A DNA stretch of 64,000 bases from an uncultured Clostridia bacterium (lineage in GTDB: Bacteria; Bacillota; Clostridia; TANB77; UBA1234), in NCBI GenBank assembly GCA_947164995.1, contig CAMUYU010000001.1, positions 23,164-87,163 of the forward strand, in the 5' to 3' direction. Below the pieces are notes generated by a model. The model ran no database searches. It saw only the letters and a list, made by a program, of their open reading frames with translations, and had not been told where the DNA came from. Both the position numbers and the translations under genes were made by a program. Below, in pieces: positions 50,267-59,159 of the stretch (the stretch's first letter is position 1; each line of letters starts with the position of its first letter).

Positions 50267-53200
50267 TTAGTTTACCCAAACTGCATAGAATGTAACTTCT
50301 TCGTTTCTAGTATATTCATCACCTGGTTGATATTCTGCAACTGTTGCTGTACTAGATGTTGCCCAACCACCGAAATTTTTATCCCATTTTGTTGGTCGTT
50401 GTGATGGAATAATATATGGTTGACCACCAATTTTTCTTCCAGAAGATGGTGCATTTGATCCGCCATTTGCATTAAAGAATACATTGTATTCTCCAACTCT
50501 CCATACTGCGTATAATACACATGAATAGTTTTCAGCAAACATTACAGATTCATTTTGAATTGAGGCAACCGAATAGTTTGGAGATGTTGCGTTTGGATTA
50601 TCTCTTGCCCATCCCTCAAATATAAATCCATCTCTTACTGGTATCGTCTTTGATAATAATACACTTTGTGCATATGCTTTTTCAAATCCTTCTGGACAAC
50701 TTGATTGAACTCCACCATTAGCATTAAATGTTATTTGATATTTTTTAATTTTCCATACAGCCCAGAATGTTGTGTTTTCATTTATTGTATATTGATCACC
50801 TGGTTGATATTCTGCAACTGTTGCTGTGCTTGTTCTTGCCCAGCCTTGGAAATCATAACCTTCTCTTGTAGGTACTTGTGATGGAATAATATATGGTTGA
50901 CCACCAATTTTTCTTCCAGAAGATGGTGCATTTGATCCGCCATTTGCATTAAAGAATACATTGTATTCTCCAACTCTCCATACTGCGTATAATACACATG
51001 AATAGTTTTCAGCAAACATTACAGATTCATTTTGAATTGAGGCAACCGAATAGTTTGGAGATGTTGCGTTTGGATTATCTCTTGCCCATCCCTCAAATAT
51101 AAATCCATCTCTTACTGGTATCGTCTTTGATAATAATACACTTTGTGCATATGCTTTTTCAAATCCTTCTGGACAACTTGATTGAACTCCACCATTAGCA
51201 TTAAATGTTATTTGATATTTTTGAATTTTCCATACAGCCCAGAATATTGTGTTTTCATCTATTGTATATTGATCACCTGGTTGATATTCTGCAACTGTTG
51301 CTGTGCCTGTTCTTGCCCAGCCTTGGAAATCATAACCTTCTCTAGTAGGTACTTGTGATGAAATAGTATATGGTTCGCCTACTTGTTTTCTATCTGAAGA
51401 AGGTGCATTTGCTCCTCCATTTGGATAGTAAATCATATTATAGCCATCTACCCATACTGGATATAACACAATAGAAGTTCTATCTACATATACATCTCCT
51501 GGTCTGTAATCAACATTTGTTGAATTTACTGTCTTTGACCAACCTATAAATCCTCTGTTAGGTTTAGTTGGTTTTTGATTTGTAATTGTAATATCTTGAT
51601 CCATTGGTGCACTTTGTGCTTGAGGCATATTTTGTACTGAAGAATCAGATGTTTTATATGTGATTGTATATTCTTGAGGTACTAAATCTAGTATTTGTGT
51701 AACAAAACTAATATTACCCATTTCATCTCTAAAGTATACATATACTGTCTTTACTTCATCACCCGCTGTTAATGTCCATGTCTTGTTTTCTACATATGGT
51801 TCCCAATTAAATACTTCTAATGATTCATTTGCACTAGCTGCATTTGCAATTTCTTCAGGTGTAAACTCTTTATAAGCTGTATCATTTAGAATTGCAATAT
51901 AACAATTTGATGGATCTGAAATGTCATCTTCTAAAGTAATTTGTAATTGAACTTCTTCTGTATTTGTAAACGGATATGTATCTTTTACAATTTGAACTGT
52001 TCCTTTAGGTGCGTTTGTATCAATTATTCTATTATCTGCAGGCCAATCATAATCTAATAACAAACTGTTTTGCTTATTTATATATGTTAATAGAGGTGGA
52101 TTTGAACCTGTATATTCAAATACATCTTCTCCGATTGCAGCAAAATTATTGTTTGACACTTTAATATTTGTTAATTTGTTGCAACCATAAAATGCAGCAT
52201 CACCAATTTCTATTGCATTTAAGAATAGTACTCTTTCTAATGCTGTACATCCTTTAAACATTTCCATACCAATAAATTTACTATTTATGCGAGCTTCTCT
52301 AACTCCTGTACAATCTTCAAAAGTTCCTCTAAAGTCTTTCTTTGAATTTGGTTCATTTGAAATTGCTCCAATAGGATTATCTCTAAATAGCATTGTTGGA
52401 ATATTATTAATTCCCGTATTTTTATAGAATGTTCTATAAAAATTTGTTGCTTGCAAATTGTTTTTAAATAGATCTTCACCTATTACTGTTATTCCTGTAT
52501 CATTTGCAAATGTTTCGCTAAAGTTTTTGGCTTCAACATTATATCTAAATAAATTATTTGGAATTTCTCCTCTTATTCCTGACATGTTTGCAAATGTACC
52601 AGCAAAAGATTGAGCCTTAACACTATCTTTAAACATGTCATCAATAAGATTTCCAGTTATAGAAGAACATCCTCTAAATGTATTTTCAAAGCTTATTATC
52701 TTACTACAGCCAGCAAAAAGTTCATTTGTTAAAGTACCTGTTAAGCTTGAACATCCATTAAACATATTTTTAGCAGAAGTTATACCAGATGCATGCGATA
52801 AGAAATTATTTGGTATAGGTCCTGTTAAACTTGAACATTCATTAAACATGTTTTCTGCACTTGTAAGAGTGTCAAAGTTTTCTGATGTTGGAATTGTTCC
52901 TATTAAATTACTACAATAACTAAATCCTATTCTTGATGCATTTATATCTCCAAAACTTTGAATTCCTACCAAATAATTATTAAATGATACATAGTTGCTA
53001 GCGGTATTAGTTGTTGTTGGTTTAACGTCATTTATGTATCCAAATACCTTTACATCTCCTGCAACAATAATTGTATATTCCTGTTCGGCAGTATTCTCGT
53101 AAGTGTGTGATGGAAAAGCTTGTGTTGTAATGCTATCATAATTTCCATCACCCCAAGAAATCTGATATTTATTTGATGCTCCTGCAGGAATAGGAAGTAC

Positions 53201-55669
53201 TACTGTTCCATTTGCTGGAATTTTCCAAGTAGTTTTTAATCCCGAAAATTCACTTATTTCAAATTCTATTCCCGACGTGAATACTATTTGATAATTATTT
53301 GCTAAAAAGCGTCCATTATCTACTAGAGTCAAACTTCCAAGTGTAATATTGTATGTTCCAACATCTTCACTGGCATCTCTTGAAAGTGCCCCAGAAAATT
53401 CAGGAACTTCGCCTACCACTTGATTGTTATATGTAAATGTAAATGTAGGGTCATTTACCATTCTTAGTTTGTTTTGTCCCTCATTTGGAACAATATTTAA
53501 ATCTCTTTTTGCAATTTCAAAATTTATAGATTTGCTTCCTTTATATTCACCAATTCCAATTATAGTAACTGTAGCTGTTCCAGCATTAACATTATCTGTT
53601 ATTTCAACTTTGTAATCTACATTTTTTACTAAATTGGTTCCACTTCTAAGATTTTTTACTGTTTCTTGTGGGTTATGCGAAAATCCATCATACAAATATG
53701 GTCTTTCTTGATTTAAAGTAATTTGAATATTTGAATCAGAAGAAATATCTGTATATGATAAATTAACCTGTTTTGTTTGGACATTTCCTGCTAGGTCTCT
53801 AGCAAATATTGTGTATGTTCCTTCTTCACTAAATGTAAAGTTAAATGTTACTTCATCATTATTTGGTACTTGATAGTACACATCTAGTTGATCGCCTAAT
53901 GTTGTACCTGATGTTCCCAAAACGGTTGGCTCAACATTTGTTTTTGAAACACCTATATATTTCATCTTTGAATTTGGAGCAACATTGTCTCTTAAAACAA
54001 TTTGTTGTTTATTGTTTGTAATTGTTCCTGCGTTTTCACCTGGAACTGTAATTGTAGGTTTTATTTTTTCAATATTTGTAACCGATGCTGTTCCTGTTGT
54101 TTGGTTTCCAGCTAAGTCTGTAATTACTATTGCAATATTGTTTTGATTATCTGTGTATGTTTTTGTAGCTTCTTTACTTGTAACCAAGCCATTTGTTGTT
54201 CCAAGGTCTACTGCGTTAGTTTGAGTTTCACCGCCAATTTTTATTTGACTTACAGCAATATTATCATTTGAAACTACTTTTAAATCTACACTTGTATTTG
54301 TCCAATCTCCATTTGGAGATTTTTCAATTGTAAATGTTGGAACTGTTTTATCTATTTGAATTTTAAATGGACCTTGTATCACACTTATATTTTCTACGTT
54401 ATCTATTGCTCTAAAATATACTACACTGTTTTGGTCAGTAGTAAATGTCTTTTTTGCATTCGTTGTCGTAGAGCCTGCATCAAAATCTGATCTCCATGTA
54501 ACAGTATCCATACTATATTCTAGTTTTTTAATACCAGTACCTGCATCACTTGCATTTATTGTGAATACTACGTTTTGATTAGTCCAAGTAGTACCACTTG
54601 CATTTACTGTAACACTTGGTTTTGTTGTATCAATTATTCTAAATGTACTATCTGCATTATCAAGATAGTAATTTGTTGTTTTTGCTCTTCCTCCTGTTAC
54701 AGCTTGAGCAGCTGCATGTGCTGCATACTGGCCAATTTGTGACCTATATGTTGTAAGAGTAATTGTCATTGTTTCACCATTAACACCTGTGTTTACTGAA
54801 GCACTTCTCATTTTATTTGTTCCATCTGCTTCAAAAACTTGTATTTCTCCCCATACAACATTTATATGTTTTTGGTTAATTTTCCATGTATATGTTTTTG
54901 CACCATTCGCTGACGTGTTTGATGCGGAATACTCGCCTCTCCATTTATCATTTGAATGTGCAAGAGTAATTCTTGCTGTGTATGTTCCAGCATCAACTTG
55001 TGTATTTCCTGTTATTGAAGTATGTGAGCTGTCTGGATTATAAAATGATGGACTTTGATTTTGTCCATTGTATGTAAATTCTCCCGCTGTAACTGTTGGA
55101 ATTGTAACTAAATGATACATTTGATATCCACAAGTATTACAATATCCATTGTAGTTTGTGTCTGCATGATTACCATAATCTTTAGTAGCCGAACATCTAT
55201 TACATACATGCCAGTGTGCACTATCATTGGTACTCCAACTTGAATTCCAAGAGTGTCCCAATGCTGGAATAGAAGATGTTTCGCTTTGTCCACATCTTCC
55301 ACAACTTCTTGCACTAACACCTGCAGAAGTACAAGTTGGTGAAGTAGCTGTATACCATCCTCCCCATCTATGTGCTTCAGAAGCATCAGCATTCATACCA
55401 CATCTTGTACATGAACGATTAACCCTATGTGATATTGTTGATCCCGTTGCGGTGTAACCAGTTGTTTCTATATTGTGTCCAAGCGCACTTCCAGAAGTAG
55501 CTCCACAAATACCACAAGTTGCTGGTCTTGTACATGTCGCCGACCCCCAGCTGTGTACGTGTGTATTTCCACCACTTCCAGAAACCACAAACATGTTTTG
55601 TGAATTTGCCCACAGCAAAATCATCAAGGCTAAAAATATTATTTTTTTAATACTAGACTGATATTTCAT
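50267..55669 (-). CDS. Large secreted surface protein, roughly 1,800 aa: Cys/His/Trp-rich N-terminal module, Ig/MBG repeats, BspA-type LRR block, tandem Flg_new repeats
   Basis: I placed the start at MKYQSS, which has an AGAGG RBS and a signal peptide. Motifs seen: CxxCG pairs; MBG-like Y.Y.DN.NAGTATV..GIGEYKG; an LRR_5-like FKGCTALERV...FYGCNKLTNI block; and C-terminal GYDFQGWA...FWAVWK Flg_new repeats. Confidence 0.8.
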   Translation of the reverse strand: MKYQSSIKKIIFLALMILLWANSQNMFVVSGSGGNTHVHSWGSATCTRPATCGICGATSGSALGHNIETTGYTATGSTISHRVNRSCTRCGMNADASEAHRWGGWYTATSPTCTSAGVSARSCGRCGQSETSSIPALGHSWNSSWSTNDSAHWHVCNRCSATKDYGNHADTNYNGYCNTCGYQMYHLVTIPTVTAGEFTYNGQNQSPSFYNPDSSHTSITGNTQVDAGTYTARITLAHSNDKWRGEYSASNTSANGAKTYTWKINQKHINVVWGEIQVFEADGTNKMRSASVNTGVNGETMTITLTTYRSQIGQYAAHAAAQAVTGGRAKTTNYYLDNADSTFRIIDTTKPSVTVNASGTTWTNQNVVFTINASDAGTGIKKLEYSMDTVTWRSDFDAGSTTTNAKKTFTTDQNSVVYFRAIDNVENISVIQGPFKIQIDKTVPTFTIEKSPNGDWTNTSVDLKVVSNDNIAVSQIKIGGETQTNAVDLGTTNGLVTSKEATKTYTDNQNNIAIVITDLAGNQTTGTASVTNIEKIKPTITVPGENAGTITNNKQQIVLRDNVAPNSKMKYIGVSKTNVEPTVLGTSGTTLGDQLDVYYQVPNNDEVTFNFTFSEEGTYTIFARDLAGNVQTKQVNLSYTDISSDSNIQITLNQERPYLYDGFSHNPQETVKNLRSGTNLVKNVDYKVEITDNVNAGTATVTIIGIGEYKGSKSINFEIAKRDLNIVPNEGQNKLRMVNDPTFTFTYNNQVVGEVPEFSGALSRDASEDVGTYNITLGSLTLVDNGRFLANNYQIVFTSGIEFEISEFSGLKTTWKIPANGTVVLPIPAGASNKYQISWGDGNYDSITTQAFPSHTYENTAEQEYTIIVAGDVKVFGYINDVKPTTTNTASNYVSFNNYLVGIQSFGDINASRIGFSYCSNLIGTIPTSENFDTLTSAENMFNECSSLTGPIPNNFLSHASGITSAKNMFNGCSSLTGTLTNELFAGCSKIISFENTFRGCSSITGNLIDDMFKDSVKAQSFAGTFANMSGIRGEIPNNLFRYNVEAKNFSETFANDTGITVIGEDLFKNNLQATNFYRTFYKNTGINNIPTMLFRDNPIGAISNEPNSKKDFRGTFEDCTGVREARINSKFIGMEMFKGCTALERVLFLNAIEIGDAAFYGCNKLTNIKVSNNNFAAIGEDVFEYTGSNPPLLTYINKQNSLLLDYDWPADNRIIDTNAPKGTVQIVKDTYPFTNTEEVQLQITLEDDISDPSNCYIAILNDTAYKEFTPEEIANAASANESLEVFNWEPYVENKTWTLTAGDEVKTVYVYFRDEMGNISFVTQILDLVPQEYTITYKTSDSSVQNMPQAQSAPMDQDITITNQKPTKPNRGFIGWSKTVNSTNVDYRPGDVYVDRTSIVLYPVWVDGYNMIYYPNGGANAPSSDRKQVGEPYTISSQVPTREGYDFQGWARTGTATVAEYQPGDQYTIDENTIFWAVWKIQKYQITFNANGGVQSSCPEGFEKAYAQSVLLSKTIPVRDGFIFEGWARDNPNATSPNYSVASIQNESVMFAENYSCVLYAVWRVGEYNVFFNANGGSNAPSSGRKIGGQPYIIPSQVPTREGYDFQGWARTSTATVAEYQPGDQYTINENTTFWAVWKIKKYQITFNANGGVQSSCPEGFEKAYAQSVLLSKTIPVRDGFIFEGWARDNPNATSPNYSVASIQNESVMFAENYSCVLYAVWRVGEYNVFFNANGGSNAPSSGRKIGGQPYIIPSQRPTKWDKNFGGWATSSTATVAEYQPGDEYTRNEEVTFYAVWVN
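50290..51500 (-). repeat. 477-bp (159-codon) tandem duplication at the 3' end of the 1,800-aa gene: two near-identical copies plus a diverged third
   Basis: About 380 nt of each copy is essentially identical at the DNA level, with an offset of exactly 477-478 nt. The encoded 159-aa Flg_new pair is repeated verbatim. Confidence 0.85.
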
Positions 55670-55716
55670 ACCTTGCCTCTTTTCTAATAGTCTCATCTTA
55701 AGTTTGAATTTTTATA

Positions 55717-55745
55717 ATTAAAGTATGTGCCAAAATGCTTTCCAA
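55717..55745 (-). promoter_or_regulatory. Candidate sigma-A promoter for the 1,800-aa surface-protein gene
   Basis: On the minus strand, TTGGAA, a 17-nt spacer, then TTTAAT, about 45 nt upstream of the start codon. Confidence 0.25.
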
Positions 55746-55835
55746 AGCCCTTAACAACATACAATATGCCTATATAGATTATCTATTTAAATAAGTAAAA
55801 AGTAAAGCGACAATTTCATTACAAAGTATTTAAGA

Positions 55836-55878
55836 TAAAAAAAAGAGCTCTAAACCGCTACGGCAATAGGTTTAGAGT
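55836..55878 (-). terminator. Second rho-independent terminator downstream of the tRNA-Ser pair
   Basis: Stem ctctaaacc / ggtttagag with a 12-nt loop, followed by a U8 run on the minus strand. Confidence 0.6.
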
Positions 55879-55992
55879 ATTTTTATAGTATATATTAATT
55901 TTTGATTACATATTTTTTATAATAATGTTAATTTAAAAATACAAAAATATTACAGAGCATATTAAAGCTCCAACATTCGCATCTCCGTAAGA

Positions 55993-56027
55993 ATAAAAAA
56001 ACTCATTGAAGAAATTCTTCAATGAGT
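55993..56027 (-). terminator. Rho-independent terminator immediately 3' of tRNA-Ser(GCT)
   Basis: 11-bp stem actcattgaag / cttcaatgagt, a 5-nt loop and a U7 run. Confidence 0.75.
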
Positions 56028-56028
56028 T

Positions 56029-56120
56029 TGGCGGAGACAGAGAGATTCGAACTCTCGCGCCGGTTACCCGACCTAACAGTTTAGCAAACTGCCCCCTTCG
56101 GCCTACTTGGGTATGTCTCC
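56029..56120 (-). tRNA. tRNA-Ser (anticodon GCT), class II with a long variable arm
   Basis: Reverse complement ggagacatacccaagtaggccgaaggg gcagt ttGCTaa actgt taggtcgggtaaccggcgc gagagttcgaatctctc tgtctcc g cca. Confidence 0.9.
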
Positions 56121-56189
56121 GAATATATTCAAATGGCGACCATAGGTCGCCAATATTAACTTTCACTATTATCTTTGCATTAATACAAT

Positions 56190-56280
<91 letters not shown>

Positions 56281-56326
56281 AACACGCCTTTATAGTGTAA
56301 CATCTGTAGCCTTTTTTGTCAATTAT

Positions 56327-56476
56327 TTATTTAATTCTTCCCCTATTTTTTTCAACATTTTCTTTTAAATTTTTTAGATTAACTTGTTGTTTTTTCTTCT
56401 TTGCCTTCTCTTCCATTGCCTTATTTAACTCATCTAGGCTTTCTTTAGGTATTTCTATACCTTTTCTTTCGTTCAT
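56327..56476 (-). CDS. Possible small lysine/glutamate-rich protein (49 aa) downstream of parB
   Basis: ATG with an AAGGAG RBS 8 nt upstream. It translates to MNERKGIEIPKESLDELNKAMEEKAKKKKQQVNLKNLKENVEKNRGRIK. It is below the ORF-track size cutoff. Confidence 0.3.
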   Translation of the reverse strand: MNERKGIEIPKESLDELNKAMEEKAKKKKQQVNLKNLKENVEKNRGRIK

Positions 56477-56496
56477 AAAACTACTCCTTTGCTTTT

Positions 56497-57378
56497 TTAT
56501 AGCTCTACACCAAATAAATCTAGCAATCTTTCTAGTTCATCTTGTGAAAAGTACTCTATTACTATCTTTCCTCTACTCTTTGTTTGCGCATTCAAACTAA
56601 CTTTTGTGCCTAAAGCCTCCTTTAGTTTGTTTTCTATATCTTTTGTAAATATATCTAATTTGCCTTTTGTCTTGCTCTTTTTGTTGTTTTTGCTAGTTGT
56701 ATTTGTTGTTTGAACTGCTTTTTCGGCATCTCTTACGCTTAAATCCATGCTAATAATATCTAAAGCAAGTTTATATTGCTTTTCTTGATCTTTTATAGAT
56801 GCAATACTTCTAGCATGACCTTCAGATATTTGACCTAGTTCTATCATTTCTTTTACTCTTGAGTCTACATTAAGGATTCTAAGTGTATTTGCAACTGAAC
56901 TTCTGCTCTTTCCAAGAGTTTTAGCCACTTCTTCTTGAGTCATATGATGCTCTTCCATAAGTTCTTTAATTGCTTCTGCTGTTTCTAATGCATTTAAATT
57001 TTCCCTTTGAATGTTTTCAATTAAAGATACTTCTCTAGTCTTTTTCTCATCATATGTTCTAATAATTGCAGGAATTGTCTTAAGTCCAGCTTTTTTTGAA
57101 GCTCTCCATCTTCTTTCACCTGCTATTATCTCATAATAATTGTCTTTTTTAGAAACTATTATAGGCTGAATTACTCCATGAGCTTTTATGGAATCAACTA
57201 GTTCGTCTATCTTTTTATCATCAAAAGTTTTACGAGGCTGATTAATATTTGGCTCTACATCATTTATTTTAAGTTCAACAATAGCATCTTTAGAGTCAGA
57301 AGAAAGGTATTCTACATTAACATTAGATGGAAATAATGCATCTAAACCTTTTCCAAGACCACCTTTAATACCTGCCAT
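56497..57378 (-). CDS. parB: Chromosome partitioning protein ParB/Spo0J
   Basis: ParB box IIAGERRWRA, an HTH region (TQEEVAKTLGKSRSSVANTLRIL) and an N-terminal GLGKGLDALF. It is adjacent to parA. Confidence 0.9.
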   Translation of the reverse strand: MAGIKGGLGKGLDALFPSNVNVEYLSSDSKDAIVELKINDVEPNINQPRKTFDDKKIDELVDSIKAHGVIQPIIVSKKDNYYEIIAGERRWRASKKAGLKTIPAIIRTYDEKKTREVSLIENIQRENLNALETAEAIKELMEEHHMTQEEVAKTLGKSRSSVANTLRILNVDSRVKEMIELGQISEGHARSIASIKDQEKQYKLALDIISMDLSVRDAEKAVQTTNTTSKNNKKSKTKGKLDIFTKDIENKLKEALGTKVSLNAQTKSRGKIVIEYFSQDELERLLDLFGVEL

Positions 57379-57431
57379 TTTATACCTCCTAATTAATTAG
57401 TTAACTAACTATAATTTAATTAGTTGACTAA

Positions 57432-58211
57432 TTATTTATTTTTATTATTTTTTACGATTTCTTTTGCTAATGTTTCGTAAGCTTTTGCGCCTTTTGAGTT
57501 TTTATCATAAAGTGCTATAGGAAGCCCATAACTAGGAGCTTCGCTAAGTTTAACATTTCTAGGAATAATAGTTCTATAAACTTTATTTTTAAAATATTTT
57601 TTAACTTCTTCAATTACTTGCATTGAAAGATTGGTTCTAGCATCATACATTGTAAGTGCAACACCTTCAACTTCTAAGTTTTTATTAAGACGTTTTTGAA
57701 CCAAATCTATTGTACTCATAAGCTGACCCAAGCCTTCTAGTGCATAGTATTCACATTGAATAGGAACTAGTACTGAATCAGCTGCAGTAAGAGCATTTAA
57801 GGTAACTAAACCAAGTGAAGGAGGACAATCGAGGAATATAAAATCAAATTCATTTTTAATTTTATCAATTGCTTCTTTTAATTTGTACTCGCGTGACATC
57901 TCTGAAACTAGCTGTATCTCTGCACCTGCAAGGTTGATGTTTGATGCACATACAAATAATCCTTCTACAGAGCTTTCTTGTAAGCATGCTTTGATGTCTT
58001 CGCCGCTTAGAATTACGTCATATGTAGATTTTTCAATTTCTTTACTTGCGCCAAGACCAGATGTAGCATTACCTTGAGGATCTGCATCTATAAGTAATAC
58101 TTTCTTTTTTTGAAGTGCAACGCAAGCACTCAAATTTACCGCAGTTGTGGTTTTTCCAACACCGCCTTTTTGGTTAGCAATAGCAATTACTTTTCCCATT
58201 TTTTCCTCCAA
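57432..58211 (-). CDS. parA: Chromosome partitioning ATPase ParA/Soj
   Basis: Deviant Walker [10 protein letters not shown] and a full-length ParA-like sequence. Confidence 0.9.
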   Translation of the reverse strand: MEEKMGKVIAIANQKGGVGKTTTAVNLSACVALQKKKVLLIDADPQGNATSGLGASKEIEKSTYDVILSGEDIKACLQESSVEGLFVCASNINLAGAEIQLVSEMSREYKLKEAIDKIKNEFDFIFLDCPPSLGLVTLNALTAADSVLVPIQCEYYALEGLGQLMSTIDLVQKRLNKNLEVEGVALTMYDARTNLSMQVIEEVKKYFKNKVYRTIIPRNVKLSEAPSYGLPIALYDKNSKGAKAYETLAKEIVKNNKNK

Positions 58212-58300
58212 AAATTAGATTAAAAGTCATTCAAAAATATTATATTTATTTAGAAAACCAATTGCAAGTGTTTATTATTATAAAGAAGTTATTATACTAA

Positions 58301-58414
58301 GAAAAGCTATATATTAAAATTTCAAAACAATGCTACAATTTCTACAATCTCTTACGATATACATTCCAACAAATGCACGCGGTTGTTTTTCAATCTTTAA
58401 TATATAGCTTTTCT
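58301..58414. repeat. Perfect 17-bp inverted repeat pair (gaaaagctatatattaa / ttaatatatagcttttc) flanking an 80-bp spacer in the rsmG-parA intergenic region
   Basis: Direct inspection. The arms are at 58301-58317 and 58398-58414. Confidence 0.6.
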
Positions 58415-58418
58415 ATAT

Positions 58419-59138
58419 TTATAGTGGCTTTTTCACTATTATATTTACTTTTCTAGGATATTCTAAAGGAGTAGTGCTTATTTTCTCAATAATTATTATT
58501 GTACGTTCATTATCTGATGATGGTAAAGTAATACGTTCAATTGATTTAATTTGTGCACCGAGTGTTTTAATTGCACTTTTAGCATTTTCAATCTCTTCAT
58601 CACAGTTTGAACCTTTCATACATATAAAATATCCACCAACTTTTACAAGAGGAAGACAATACTCACAAAGAGTTGAAAGATTTGCAACGGCACGTGCAGT
58701 GGCAAAATCAAACATTTCTCTATATTTGATGTCATTTCCTAAATCTTCAGCACGATTATGATCAAAATCAATATTATTAAGATTAAGTTTTTCACAAATA
58801 TCTTTCAAAATGTTAATACGTTTGTTTAAACTATCTAATAATGTTAGTTTAATACTGGTGTCAATTATCTTATTTGGCAAAGAGGGAAAACCAGCACCTG
58901 TACCAACATCAATTAATGTTGAATTACTTGTTATATATTTATTAATAGTACAACTATCAATAAAGTGCTTTAACCAAATATCATAATCATCGGTTATTGC
59001 CGTTAAATTTACTTTTTCATTCCAATCTATTAACAATTCTTCATAAGAATTAAATTGTTCAAATTGAATGTCTGTTAATTTGATATTAATCTTTGAAAAA
59101 AGATTACTAGCATTTTCATAATTCATATTAATCTCCAA
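58419..59138 (-). CDS. rsmG: 16S rRNA (guanine527-N7)-methyltransferase RsmG (GidB)
   Basis: SAM-binding motif LIDVGTGAGFP, and its position between mnmG and parA. Confidence 0.9.
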   Translation of the reverse strand: MEINMNYENASNLFSKINIKLTDIQFEQFNSYEELLIDWNEKVNLTAITDDYDIWLKHFIDSCTINKYITSNSTLIDVGTGAGFPSLPNKIIDTSIKLTLLDSLNKRINILKDICEKLNLNNIDFDHNRAEDLGNDIKYREMFDFATARAVANLSTLCEYCLPLVKVGGYFICMKGSNCDEEIENAKSAIKTLGAQIKSIERITLPSSDNERTIIIIEKISTTPLEYPRKVNIIVKKPL

Positions 59139-59143
59139 TTTAA

Positions 59144-59159
59144 TGTTTCACATGAAACA
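59144..59159. promoter_or_regulatory. parS-like site tgtttcacatgaaaca (1 mismatch to consensus tgtttcacgtgaaaca)
   Basis: A 16-bp near-palindrome in the 21-nt mnmG-rsmG intergenic spacer. Confidence 0.55.

Noticed and set aside
50272-51015. Two 77-88-aa minus-strand ORFs with an identical start (MLKTIHVYYTQYGELEN...).
   Set aside because: They are out-of-frame translations of the 477-bp tandem duplication inside the 1,800-aa gene. They are useful only as a flag for the duplication.
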